Assembly: GCF_044324875.1 (NCBI RefSeq)
Contig: NZ_CP172185.1
Source: Escherichia coli
Lineage (GTDB): Bacteria; Pseudomonadota; Gammaproteobacteria; Enterobacterales; Enterobacteriaceae
Strand: one strand, 5' to 3'
Length of the DNA: 64,000 bases
Shown: positions 33,484-43,703 of the stretch, in pieces
How positions within the stretch are numbered: the stretch's first letter is position 1
How the letters are laid out: the number at the start of each line of letters is the position of its first letter
Notes under the pieces: model-generated
The model's database searches: none
Told to the model about the DNA's origin: nothing
The model's input: the letters and a program-made list of their open reading frames with translations, nothing else
Position numbers and translations under genes: made by a program

Positions 33484-34772
33484 TGGCAGGGTTAAATAAA
33501 TATCAGGCGTATCCGGAGTATAGGGATTCTGGGGTGGAGTGGATCGATGCAATCCCTTTTCATTGGGAAGTGCTACCAACATTTTCTCTATGTGAGGCAT
33601 CGACGAAGAAAAATATCGATGGAGCAGAAAACAATGTGCTCTCATTGAGTTATGGAAAAATTATTCCCAGAGATATAGAAACAAACTTCGGGCTTTTACC
33701 AGAGTCATTTAATACTTATCAAATCGTTGAAAATGGCGATATTATTTTAAGATTAACTGATCTACAAAATGATAAAAACAGTTTACGCGTAGGATTAGTC
33801 AAACAAAAAGGGATTATTACATCTGCATATTTAAAACTCAATTCACAAGGAAGTATGCTATCCGAATATTTATATCGCCTACTTCATTCATATGATACGA
33901 CTAAAGTTTTTTATGGCATGGGAGGAGGGCTGAGACAATCAATGAAATTTGAGGATTTCAGAAGATTGCCCTTACTGCTTCCATCGAAAAACGAACAGGG
34001 AAAAATAATTGATTTCCTCGACCACGAAACAGCAAAAATCGATAACCTGATCGAAAAACAACAACAACTTATTGAACTACTGAAAGAAAAACGTCAGGCA
34101 GTGATTAGCCATGCGGTGACCAAAGGGCTAAATCCTGATGTGCCGATGAAAGATTCTGGGGTTGAGTGGTTGGGTGAAGTTCCGAAACACTGGCACATAT
34201 GCAAGTTAAAATGGTTTGCTAATTTGAAAAGTGGTGATTTTATAACCAGCAATTCAATAGAACCAGAAGGAAACTATCCTGTTTATGGTGGAAATGGATT
34301 AAGAGGATATTATTCTCATTTTACACACAATGGTGAATATGTTCTTATTGGTAGACAAGGTGCTCTTTGCGGAAATATAAATTACGCAATTGGAAAATTT
34401 TGGGCTTCAGAACATGCTGTTGTTGTCACCCCAAACGAAAGAGCTGTTACAATATGGTTAGGAGAATTATTAAGAATAATGAACTTAAACCAATATTCAG
34501 TTTCTGCTGCACAACCGGGGCTTGCGGTTGAAAGAATTACTGATTTATATATTCCAATCCCACCATATCAAGAGCAAATAAATATCGGAACTTATATATC
34601 TAAATATATTTCTCTAGATAAAAAATTGATTGAGCATAGTACAGATAATATTGAACTCCTAAAAGAACGCCGCACCGCCCTTATCTCCGCCGCCGTCACC
34701 GGCAAAATCGACCTACGCAACTGGACCGCGCCCATCCCCGAAGCGGAAACACCCACGGAGGTCAGCGCATGA
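33483..34772 (+). CDS. hsdS: Type I R-M specificity subunit HsdS (two target-recognition domains)
   Basis: Duplicated conserved segments (DSGVEWIDAIPFHWEV / DSGVEWLGEVPKHWHI) flank two variable AT-rich TRDs; start overlaps the hsdM stop (TGATG). Confidence 0.9.
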   Translation: MAGLNKYQAYPEYRDSGVEWIDAIPFHWEVLPTFSLCEASTKKNIDGAENNVLSLSYGKIIPRDIETNFGLLPESFNTYQIVENGDIILRLTDLQNDKNSLRVGLVKQKGIITSAYLKLNSQGSMLSEYLYRLLHSYDTTKVFYGMGGGLRQSMKFEDFRRLPLLLPSKNEQGKIIDFLDHETAKIDNLIEKQQQLIELLKEKRQAVISHAVTKGLNPDVPMKDSGVEWLGEVPKHWHICKLKWFANLKSGDFITSNSIEPEGNYPVYGGNGLRGYYSHFTHNGEYVLIGRQGALCGNINYAIGKFWASEHAVVVTPNERAVTIWLGELLRIMNLNQYSVSAAQPGLAVERITDLYIPIPPYQEQINIGTYISKYISLDKKLIEHSTDNIELLKERRTALISAAVTGKIDLRNWTAPIPEAETPTEVSA

Positions 34773-37700
34773 GCAACGACATAACAAAAGAGATCAACCT
34801 GCAAAACGACATCATCGCGCAGATGGCAGAAAAAGGCTGGATTGTCGGCAAAGGTGACGGCTACGACCGGGAACGAGCACTATACGCACAGGATACCTTA
34901 AACTTCGTACAAACCACCCAACCGCAAGAGTGGGAAAAATTCGCCCGCGTTTACCCCAACGACACCGAGCGCCATTTCCTCGACGCACTGGTCGCGCAGC
35001 TTAAAAAAGCCGACAGCAACGCCACCGATATTCAGTCGCGCACCAGGGGTACGCTCGGCGTACTTCGCCACGGCCTGAAAATCCGCAATGCCCGTTTTTC
35101 GCTGTGCCAGTTTAAACCGGAACATAATCTCAACCCGGAAACGCTGGCGCGCTATCAGCAGAATATCTGCCGCATTGTGCCGGAACTGATCTACAGCCCT
35201 TATGCCTCAAATAGCGTCTTTGCAGAAACGGGCGTGAAAGCCAAAAAATGGCGCATCGACCTGGTGCTGTTTATCAACGGCCTGCCAATTGCCACGCTGG
35301 AGCTGAAATCCGAATTCAAACAGGCGGTGCAGAACGCCATTGCGCAGTATAAAAAAACCCGCCTGCCGAAAGATCCCGCTACCAATAAGCCCGAACCGCT
35401 GCTGACCTTCAAGCGCGGGGCGCTGGTGCATTTTGCCGTCAGCCAGTATGACGTTTATATGACCACCAAACTCGTGGGTGACAGCACCTTCTTCCTGCCG
35501 TTTAACAAAGGCACCAAAGATGGTGGTGCAGGCAATGAGATCCCCGAAGATACCCACCGCTACGCCACCGATTATCTGTGGAATGAAGTACTGCTGCCGG
35601 ACAACTTATTAAAAATCCTCGCCAGTTTTGTCCATTTGCAGATTGAAGAAAAAGAGGAGTGGAACGGGCTGAAAGCGAAGAAAGAGAGCCTGATTTTCCC
35701 GCGCTATCACCAGTGGGATGTAGTCAACAAACTGCTGGAGGCCGCGACGGTCGAAGGCACCGGCCATAAATACCTGATCCAGCACAGCGCAGGTTCCGGA
35801 AAGTCGAACTCCATTGCCTGGACCGCCCACCAGCTTTCTCGTCTGTACGACGCAAACGGGGAAAAACAGTTTCATTCTGTTATCGTGGTGACGGACCGCA
35901 CAGTGCTGGACGACCAGCTTCAGGACGCCATCTGGCAGTTCGAGCACGCCGACGGCGTGGTCGGGCGCATCAATAATAGAGAGGGCGATGGCTCTAAATC
36001 GGAAAAGCTCGCCAACGCGCTGGAAAACTCGCAACCGATTATTATTGTCACCATCCAGACGTTCCCGTTCGTATTGAAAGCTATCGAAAACAGTGTCAGC
36101 CTGAAGCAGCGTAAATATGCGGTGATTGCCGACGAAGCACACTCCTCGCAGAGCGGTTCTACCGCCCGTCAGCTTAAAGAAGTGCTGATGAGCGAAGAGA
36201 TGGATGATGACGTGGTACTGTCGTCAGAAGATATTCTGGATGCGACCATCGCTGCACGGAAAGGCAGCAGTAACCTGAACTACTACGCCTTTACCGCCAC
36301 GCCAAAATCCAAAACCCTGGAACTCTTTGGTCGCTGTCCGCGTCCCGATGAGCCGGCCTCAAAAACCAATAAACCTGAGGCCTTCCACGTCTACTCCATG
36401 CGCCAGGCAATCGAAGAAGGCTTTATCCTCGACGTGCTGAAAAACTACACCAACTACAAAGTGGCGTATCAGTTGCTGCAAAAGCTGGAAGACAAGGACC
36501 GCGAAGTCGACAGCAAAAAGGCAAAGATAAAGCTCAACCAATGGGTGACACTGCACGACCACAACATCTCGCAGAAGGTGAAGGTGATTGTGGAGCACTT
36601 CCGCAAACATGTGATGCACCTGCTTGGCGGCCAGGCTAAAGCGATGGTGGTCACCAGTTCACGCAAAGCCGCTGTGCGCTACAAGCTGGCGTTTGATAAA
36701 TACATTAGCGAGAACAATTACCAGAAAATCAGCGCGATGGTGGCATTTTCCGGGGAAGTTGAATTCCAGGAAGGCGACCATAACAGCCTGGCATTGTTAA
36801 AGCAGAAATTTACTGAAATAAACATGAACCCCGGCCTGAAAGGGCGGGATATGCGCAAAGCCTTCGACAGCGATGATTATCAGGTGATGTTGGTCGCCAA
36901 TAAATTCCAGACCGGTTTTGACCAGCCAAAGCTGTGCGCGATGTACGTGGATAAACCCCTCGGTGGCGTCGAGTGCGTGCAGACACTCTCCCGCCTGAAC
37001 CGCACCTATCCGGGCAAAGCGGAATCGGGCACTTTTGTCCTCGATTTTTATAATGATCCGGACGAGATCCTCGGCGCATTCCAGCCCTATTTCCAGACGG
37101 CGGAACTGACCGATGTCAGCGATCCGCAGCAGGTATTCGATCTGTTTGAAAAACTGCGCGCCACGCAGATTTTTCAGTGGCATGAAGTCGAGCAGTTCTG
37201 CGAGGCGTACTTCATCAAAAATAAATCGAATGCGGCGATCAGTAATATCTGTAAACCGGCGGTCGAACGCTGGAAAAAGCGTTATCTGATGGCAATAGAC
37301 GCCTATTTGACCGCCAAAGAGATGTTCGAGCGCACTAAAAAAACGGGCGATACGGTGTTAATCACCAATGCGGAAAACAGTTTTAAAGCCTGTAAGCAGG
37401 AGAAAGATCGTCTGGAGATTTTCAAGAAAGATCTCGGCAGCTTTGTTCGCTTTTATGAGTTTATGTCGCAAATCGTTGAGTACGATGACAAGGATCTGGA
37501 AAAGCTAAGCCTGTTTGCCCGTCATCTGCGTCCGCTGCTGCATGAGCAACGTCTGGAAGAGGATGAAATTGATCTCAGTAATGTGGAGATGAGTCACTAT
37601 CGTTTATCGAAAATCCATGAGCAAGATTTACGCTTACAGGAAGAAACGTCTGACTATACGCTGGATGCAAGTAATGATATTGGTACGGCAAAAGCGAAAG

Positions 37701-38032
37701 ATAAAAAAGAGGAGTTTTTATCGCAGGTGCTTTCTCGGATGAATGAATTATTCATTAGCGACCATTTGACCGACAAAGATATGATCAGCAATGCTTTTGC
37801 GGTGTATAACAAAATAACTGAAAATGAAAATGTTATGACACAAATTAAAAACAATCCGCCAGAACAAGCGATTCTTGGTGATTTCCTCCAGGCAGTTGAT
37901 AATGCTGTAATGGACAGTAATGACGCTCGGCAAGAATTTATGTTGCAATATTTATCCGATCCAGTTCGGGCAAAGGGCTTTGCTTATCTGATGTTTGATA
38001 TGCTCACGGGGAAAATTGCTTTGCCAACATAA
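34769..38032 (+). CDS. hsdR: Type I R-M restriction subunit HsdR (SF2 helicase/endonuclease)
   Basis: Walker A (SAGSGKSNS) and DEAH box (IADEAHSSQ); 1087 aa; ATGA overlap with the hsdS stop. Confidence 0.9.
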   Translation: MSNDITKEINLQNDIIAQMAEKGWIVGKGDGYDRERALYAQDTLNFVQTTQPQEWEKFARVYPNDTERHFLDALVAQLKKADSNATDIQSRTRGTLGVLRHGLKIRNARFSLCQFKPEHNLNPETLARYQQNICRIVPELIYSPYASNSVFAETGVKAKKWRIDLVLFINGLPIATLELKSEFKQAVQNAIAQYKKTRLPKDPATNKPEPLLTFKRGALVHFAVSQYDVYMTTKLVGDSTFFLPFNKGTKDGGAGNEIPEDTHRYATDYLWNEVLLPDNLLKILASFVHLQIEEKEEWNGLKAKKESLIFPRYHQWDVVNKLLEAATVEGTGHKYLIQHSAGSGKSNSIAWTAHQLSRLYDANGEKQFHSVIVVTDRTVLDDQLQDAIWQFEHADGVVGRINNREGDGSKSEKLANALENSQPIIIVTIQTFPFVLKAIENSVSLKQRKYAVIADEAHSSQSGSTARQLKEVLMSEEMDDDVVLSSEDILDATIAARKGSSNLNYYAFTATPKSKTLELFGRCPRPDEPASKTNKPEAFHVYSMRQAIEEGFILDVLKNYTNYKVAYQLLQKLEDKDREVDSKKAKIKLNQWVTLHDHNISQKVKVIVEHFRKHVMHLLGGQAKAMVVTSSRKAAVRYKLAFDKYISENNYQKISAMVAFSGEVEFQEGDHNSLALLKQKFTEINMNPGLKGRDMRKAFDSDDYQVMLVANKFQTGFDQPKLCAMYVDKPLGGVECVQTLSRLNRTYPGKAESGTFVLDFYNDPDEILGAFQPYFQTAELTDVSDPQQVFDLFEKLRATQIFQWHEVEQFCEAYFIKNKSNAAISNICKPAVERWKKRYLMAIDAYLTAKEMFERTKKTGDTVLITNAENSFKACKQEKDRLEIFKKDLGSFVRFYEFMSQIVEYDDKDLEKLSLFARHLRPLLHEQRLEEDEIDLSNVEMSHYRLSKIHEQDLRLQEETSDYTLDASNDIGTAKAKDKKEEFLSQVLSRMNELFISDHLTDKDMISNAFAVYNKITENENVMTQIKNNPPEQAILGDFLQAVDNAVMDSNDARQEFMLQYLSDPVRAKGFAYLMFDMLTGKIALPT

Positions 38033-38096
38033 AACACGTTGATAGCCGGGGTCGCACTTTCTACCCCGGCCATATTGTTTACAATAAGGAATAGCT

Positions 38097-38810
38097 ATGC
38101 TGAAGATGATTAAAGATTTTAAATTCAAAAAATACATTAAAAAATTACGTGAAGAAGGTTTGTTTTTTTATGTTTCTTTCGGTTTTATATTTACATTGTT
38201 AATGGAAGTTGATAATCAATTACCATACTATCTTCAACAAGACTTCTTCTTTTATACACTTATAGGATTTATGCCAATCAATATATTCTTTGTTTTGATT
38301 TGCACAAATGTATTTTTCAATGCCGCCCACACACTTATTTCACCTTATAAAGGTCAAAGAGTTGGTGAGAAATTTCTCTCTGAACTTGATAAAAGAACGC
38401 AACAAATTGGCTTTATTATTTCATTTATATGTTTTGGCATGACATTGTTTTGTGCTCTGGCGTGGTTGCTGTTTTTTGAGATGAATAATGAAAGTTACTA
38501 CGCAAAATATACATTAGATTTTTTGGCTGTTTTTATCATTATGATTATGTTTTCTTCAGCAGTTAATCCAGTCATGAGAAGAATATTCCAAAAAATGAAG
38601 GGATCGGACTCACATGGAAATTCAAAAATAATTCTTATAATTATAATCATTGTGTTATTGCTATTATTGCCAATTGCGTACATTATCAATAAAAATAAAA
38701 CAATTGAAATCAATATTAAGAAAGAAACTTATCAGCAAATAAAAGAAAAAACAAAGATGAAACCAGAAGATTATATCAAAAAATTGATTGCTGATATTAA
38801 ATTCAACTAA
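38097..38810 (+). CDS. Low-GC multi-pass membrane protein of unknown function (237 aa)
   Basis: Strongly AT-rich ORF with several hydrophobic segments and a Lys-rich C-terminus; AAGGAA ribosome-binding site; 64 bp downstream of hsdR. Confidence 0.55.
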   Translation: MLKMIKDFKFKKYIKKLREEGLFFYVSFGFIFTLLMEVDNQLPYYLQQDFFFYTLIGFMPINIFFVLICTNVFFNAAHTLISPYKGQRVGEKFLSELDKRTQQIGFIISFICFGMTLFCALAWLLFFEMNNESYYAKYTLDFLAVFIIMIMFSSAVNPVMRRIFQKMKGSDSHGNSKIILIIIIIVLLLLLPIAYIINKNKTIEINIKKETYQQIKEKTKMKPEDYIKKLIADIKFN

Positions 38811-38886
38811 TATCTATATGTACCCTGGTTTCTTCCTGGGTACATATAAAAAGTTAATATCCTGATTTATTCTCAACATCCCCCCA

Positions 38887-39051
38887 TCACTCCACATCCT
38901 CCCTGCGTAACCCAATATCCCTCAACCGCTCATCACTCATCTGCTGTAACACCCGCCGGGCCTGCATTTGCCGCCGCCAACGCCTCACTGCCTGCCAGAG
39001 TTGCACAAGTCCAATAAACGGTGCTTTAGCTTTGTTTTCATGAAATTCCAT
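38887..39051 (-). CDS. yjiS: DUF1127 small protein YjiS (54 aa; below the ORF-track length cut-off)
   Basis: Manual translation of the minus strand gives MEFHENKAKAPFIGLVQLWQAVRRWRRQMQARRVLQQMSDERLRDIGLRREDVE. Confidence 0.7.
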   Translation of the reverse strand: MEFHENKAKAPFIGLVQLWQAVRRWRRQMQARRVLQQMSDERLRDIGLRREDVE

Positions 39052-39227
39052 CGACTGCCTCCTCATCTTTCAGAGGCTTCATCATCCGTCTTCTGGCAGT
39101 TCACAATACAGATGCAAATATTAGTTTTATTTAACATACAGACAGGTTAAAACAGCATCTGCATCCGGTTTTTTAGCCTCATCTGTACCGGTTTTTCTCT
39201 CTGTATGGTCCACATAAGGAATACAGC

Positions 39228-40640
39228 ATGACGCGTTATCAACATCTGGCGACTCTGCTTGCCGAGCGGATTGAGCAGGGGCTGTATCGTCACGGGGAGA
39301 AATTGCCGTCGGTGCGCAGCTTAAGTCAGGAGCACGGCGTCAGCATCAGCACCGTGCAGCAGGCGTATCAGACGCTGGAGACGATGAAGCTCATCACCCC
39401 ACAGCCGCGTTCGGGTTATTTTGTCGCACAACGTAAAGCCCAGCCGCCAGTGCCGCCGATGACGCGTCCGGTGCAGCGCCCGGTGGAAATTACCCAGTGG
39501 GATCAGGTGCTGGATATGCTGGAGGCGCATAGCGACAGTTCCATTGTTCCGTTAAGTAAAAGCACGCCGGATGTCGAAACGCCCAGCCTGAAACCGCTGT
39601 GGCGGGAGCTAAGCCGGGTGGTGCAGCATAATCTGCAAACCGTTCTCGGTTATGACTTGTTAGCCGGTCAGCGAGTGTTGCGAGAGCAGATTGCCCGCCT
39701 GATGCTCGACAGCGGCTCGGTGGTCACTGCCGATGACATCATCATCACCAGCGGCTGCCATAACTCGATGTCGCTGGCGTTAATGGCGGTGTGTAAACCG
39801 GGCGATATTGTCGCGGTCGAATCCCCCTGTTATTACGGTTCGATGCAGATGCTGCGTGGCATGGGCGTGAAAGTGATTGAAATCCCAACCGATCCAGAAA
39901 CAGGCATCAGCGTTGAAGCGCTGGAACTGGCGCTGGAACAGTGGCCGATTAAAGGCATCATTCTGGTGCCAAACTGTAATAATCCGCTGGGATTTATTAT
40001 GCCGGACGCGCGCAAACGGGCCGTTCTCTCTCTCGCTCAGCGTCATGATATTGTGATTTTTGAAGATGATGTCTACGGCGAACTGGCAACGGAGTATCCG
40101 CGCCCGCGGACCATTCATTCCTGGGATATCGACGGGCGAGTGCTGTTGTGCAGCTCATTCAGTAAAAGTATTGCACCTGGCCTGCGCGTGGGTTGGGTCG
40201 CACCGGGGCGTTATCACGATAAACTGATGCATATGAAATACGCCATCAGCAGCTTTAATGTACCGTCCACGCAAATGGCGGCGGCAACGTTTGTGCTGGA
40301 AGGTCACTATCATCGCCATATCCGGCGGATGCGGCAGATCTATCAGCGCAATTTGGCGCTTTATACCTGCTGGATACGGGAATATTTTCCCTGCGAAATC
40401 TGCATTACGCGCCCGAAAGGCGGATTTTTACTGTGGATCGAATTGCCTGAACAGGTCGATATGGTCTGCGTCGCACGGCAGCTATACCGCATGAAAATCC
40501 AGGTGGCGGCAGGCTCGATTTTCTCAGCTTCCGGCAAATACCGTAATTGTCTGCGCATCAACTGCGCTTTGCCGCTCAGCGAAACCTATCGCGAAGCACT
40601 GAAGCAAATTGGCGAAGCCGTGTATCGGGCAATGGAATGA
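39228..40640 (+). CDS. yjiR: MocR-type regulator (GntR HTH fused to PLP aminotransferase-like domain)
   Basis: 470-aa ORF with N-terminal GntR wHTH and aminotransferase class I/II-like C-terminal domain. Confidence 0.85.
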   Translation: MTRYQHLATLLAERIEQGLYRHGEKLPSVRSLSQEHGVSISTVQQAYQTLETMKLITPQPRSGYFVAQRKAQPPVPPMTRPVQRPVEITQWDQVLDMLEAHSDSSIVPLSKSTPDVETPSLKPLWRELSRVVQHNLQTVLGYDLLAGQRVLREQIARLMLDSGSVVTADDIIITSGCHNSMSLALMAVCKPGDIVAVESPCYYGSMQMLRGMGVKVIEIPTDPETGISVEALELALEQWPIKGIILVPNCNNPLGFIMPDARKRAVLSLAQRHDIVIFEDDVYGELATEYPRPRTIHSWDIDGRVLLCSSFSKSIAPGLRVGWVAPGRYHDKLMHMKYAISSFNVPSTQMAAATFVLEGHYHRHIRRMRQIYQRNLALYTCWIREYFPCEICITRPKGGFLLWIELPEQVDMVCVARQLYRMKIQVAAGSIFSASGKYRNCLRINCALPLSETYREALKQIGEAVYRAME

Positions 40641-40754
40641 ATTCGAAATAGTGGCGAGCCCCCTGATTTCCTCTCACGAATAGCGTGTGACTTGTTTTAA
40701 CTTTGCAGGGTCATCTCCACGTTCCAGCATGGCTTAGGTAAAATGCGCTTCGTT

Positions 40755-40860
40755 CATGCCGGATGCCATGTGAACGCCTTACCAGGTCTACAAAATTTTT
40801 AAAGTTCAATATATTTAATGGGTTATGTAGACCTGATAAGCGTAGCACATCAGGCAGTTT
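40755..40860. repeat. REP/RIP-like inverted palindromic element between yjiR and the rpnD pseudogene
   Basis: gccggatgccatgtgaacgccttaccaggtctac ... gtagacctgataagcgtagcacatcaggc inverted pair. Confidence 0.5.
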
Positions 40861-40882
40861 TGCGTTTGTCATCAGTCTCTGA

Positions 40883-41964
40883 TTAGTACTCGATCCATGG
40901 ATCGCGCTTGCTTTCAGGCAAGGGCTGATCTAATGCCTGCATTTGCTCTGCCGAAAGTCCGGTATATCGTTGTATCCATTCAGGATCCGCCCCATTCTGC
41001 AACAACAATCGGAGGAGGCTCCGTTCCCCTTCTACTTTCCCTTCTTTCCTCCCCCTCTCCCTTCCCAACAGCCATCCATCATTATGAATTCGCTCTGCAA
41101 TCGTCATTATTCGCTCCCTTTGTTGTGGCATTCGACTGGTTAGTTCGCTGATAAACTCTTTAAAACGCGCTTCATCGCCAGTCAGTAAAATGTAATTTAA
41201 CAGCGCAGTTATCTGGCTGTCATTAGTACACTCTGTAACCAGTAATACTACCAGTTGGTCGATAAGCCCCATCAGATCGCGCTGGCGAATATGCTTTTGG
41301 ATCAACTCCAACAGGGCGACTCTGCGGTGCTGCACAATCTCGTCGTCTGGCACGACAGTGATATCCACCAGCGGGAACGCGGCGGTATATACTCGTCATA
41401 CTTCAAGTTGCATGTGCTGCGACTGCGTTCATTCACCCCAGTCACTTACTTTTGTAAGCTCCTGGGGATTCACTCACTTGTCGCCTTCCTGCAACTTGAA
41501 TTATTTAGAGTATAAAGCTTCCGTGCGGTGGTCGGGTCAGCAAATTCGTCCAGCCAGCACAGGGACCAGGGGTAAGGACTACGGCTACCGTGATAAAACA
41601 GCATCGGGATGACCAGCGGTAGCGGCCGGCGTTTATCATGCTCGATATGGCGCTGCATCACCGCCATGGAATATCGCATCAGGCGAAAGGCCATATGGAT
41701 ATCCTCGCGGCTCTGATGTTCAATCACTACGTAAATATAACCATCACCTTCACGGGTCTTTACCGACCACAGAATATCAGAGTGTAGCGCCCGCAATTTT
41801 TCATCGACAAAGCTGGCGGATTCCAGTTTTAAGCTGTCGAGATCGCACAATTCACGTAAATCTATTGGTAAGTGGATCTCCATAAAATCCCGCGCGGTGT
41901 CAGGGTGGGTGAGAAAGGATTTAAATAATGCGTCATGCGGCGTACTGGTCGTGAAGTTTGTCAT
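40883..41964 (-). pseudogene. rpnD: Rpn-family (YhgA-like, PD-(D/E)XK) recombination-promoting nuclease gene disrupted by a frameshift
   Basis: N-terminal part (41470..41964) and C-terminal part (40883..41368 and its upstream in-frame extension) lie in different frames on the same strand; matches the yjiP/yjiQ split in K-12. Confidence 0.75.
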
Positions 41965-42430
41965 GGCGATCCGTCACCTGTTGATAAGATGGCCCGACTT
42001 TAGCGACTAACAAAACCATTCTCACCCGGCAATTTCCCGTTCCCCGAGGCGCTTTCCAGGCTATTTTTGTTCTTCTGCAAACGATACATTTTTCCGGAAA
42101 CAGGCTCGCGTTTTACATGTCCTGTACCCGGCAGATATTCCTCTTTCCACCGCGCTCTTTTGATTAACCGCAAATTTTAATTACACTTAAGGTGTATATT
42201 TTCTATGCAACCCATCAATTCAAGAGGTGTAATGTGCTGATGACTATTTGTAATCGTTATACATTCTGACCAGAACTCAGAAGGTATTTCTCTGTCTGTA
42301 TAAGCACAGGCAGTGTGGTTGATTACATGAAATTCAGTACATTTGTCCTTCTCGCCTGCCTTTCGTCATTACCGACGGTATTGAATTTCGTTTTCCCCAT
42401 TGGGGTTCTCCGGACAAGGAGTTGTTTGTT

Positions 42431-43663
42431 ATGCCACGTTTTTTTGCCCGCCATGCCGCTACGCTGTTTTTCCCGATGGCGTTGATTTTGTATGACTTTG
42501 CCGCGTACCTGTCGACGGATCTGATCCAGCCAGGGATCATTAATGTGGTCCGTGATTTTAATGCCGATGTCAGTCTGGCCCCTGCTGCCGTCAGTCTCTA
42601 TCTTGCTGGCGGTATGGCGTTACAGTGGCTGCTGGGGCCGCTTTCCGACAGAATTGGCCGCAGGCCGGTGCTGATTACCGGGGCGCTAATTTTTACCCTT
42701 GCCTGCGCCGCAACAATGTTCACCACGTCAATGACACAATTTCTTATCGCGCGTGCAATTCAGGGCACCAGTATCTGTTTTATTGCCACCGTTGGTTATG
42801 TCACGGTGCAGGAGGCGTTCGGACAGACAAAAGGAATTAAGTTGATGGCGATTATCACCTCCATCGTACTGATTGCGCCGATTATCGGCCCGCTTTCCGG
42901 CGCAGCTCTGATGCACTTTATGCACTGGAAAGTCCTTTTTGCCATCATTGCGGTTATGGGTTTTATCTCATTTGTTGGCTTACTGCTGGCGATGCCAGAG
43001 ACGGTGAAGCGCGGCGCGGTTCCGTTTAGCGCCAAAAGCGTCTTGCGCGATTTTCGTAATGTCTTTTGCAATCGGCTGTTCCTCTTTGGCGCAGCAACCA
43101 TCTCTTTAAGCTATATCCCGATGATGAGCTGGGTGGCTGTCTCGCCGGTGATCCTTATCGATGCAGGCGGCTTAACAACTTCGCAGTTCGCCTGGACACA
43201 GGTTCCGGTGTTCGGCGCGGTGATTGTCGCGAATGCCATCGTGGCGCGTTTCGTTAAAGATCCAACCGAACCGCGATTTATCTGGCGTGCCGTCCCCATT
43301 CAACTGGTCGGCCTCGCGCTGTTGATTATCGGCAATCTGCTGTCGCCGCACGTCTGGCTGTGGTCGGTGCTGGGCACCAGTCTGTATGCTTTCGGGATTG
43401 GTTTGATTTTCCCGACCTTATTCCGCTTTACGCTGTTTTCCAATAACTTACCGAAAGGGACCATCTCCGCATCGCTAAATATGGTGATCCTGATGGTGAT
43501 GTCTGTCTCGGTCGAAATCGGCCGCTGGCTGTGGTTTAACGGCGGTCGCTTGCAGTTTCATCTGTTAGCCGTTGTGGCAGGCGTTATCGTCGTTTTCACC
43601 CTGGCCGGATTGCTTAATCGCGTGCGCCAACATCAGGCTGCCGAGCTGGCGGAGGAGCGGTGA
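42431..43663 (+). CDS. mdtM: MFS multidrug efflux transporter MdtM
   Basis: 410-aa 12-TM MFS protein from [14 protein letters not shown]. Confidence 0.85.
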   Translation: MPRFFARHAATLFFPMALILYDFAAYLSTDLIQPGIINVVRDFNADVSLAPAAVSLYLAGGMALQWLLGPLSDRIGRRPVLITGALIFTLACAATMFTTSMTQFLIARAIQGTSICFIATVGYVTVQEAFGQTKGIKLMAIITSIVLIAPIIGPLSGAALMHFMHWKVLFAIIAVMGFISFVGLLLAMPETVKRGAVPFSAKSVLRDFRNVFCNRLFLFGAATISLSYIPMMSWVAVSPVILIDAGGLTTSQFAWTQVPVFGAVIVANAIVARFVKDPTEPRFIWRAVPIQLVGLALLIIGNLLSPHVWLWSVLGTSLYAFGIGLIFPTLFRFTLFSNNLPKGTISASLNMVILMVMSVSVEIGRWLWFNGGRLQFHLLAVVAGVIVVFTLAGLLNRVRQHQAAELAEER

Positions 43664-43703
43664 TTTTTGCGCGATCCTGCCGTCAGGCTCTATTCTTAAC
43701 GTT

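Noticed and set aside
35609-36142. 177-aa minus-strand ORF
   Set aside because: Antisense within hsdR; spurious.
27502-38886. Prophage or integrative element origin for the defence island
   Set aside because: No integrase, transposase, phage structural genes or direct-repeat att sites are visible at the boundaries, and the tRNA-Leu cluster is about 18 kb away and not adjacent. Replacement by homologous recombination at a known hypervariable hotspot is more parsimonious.
38968-39150. 60-aa plus-strand ORF
   Set aside because: Overlaps on the opposite strand the better-supported DUF1127 gene yjiS, which was found by manual translation because it is below the ORF-track size cut-off.
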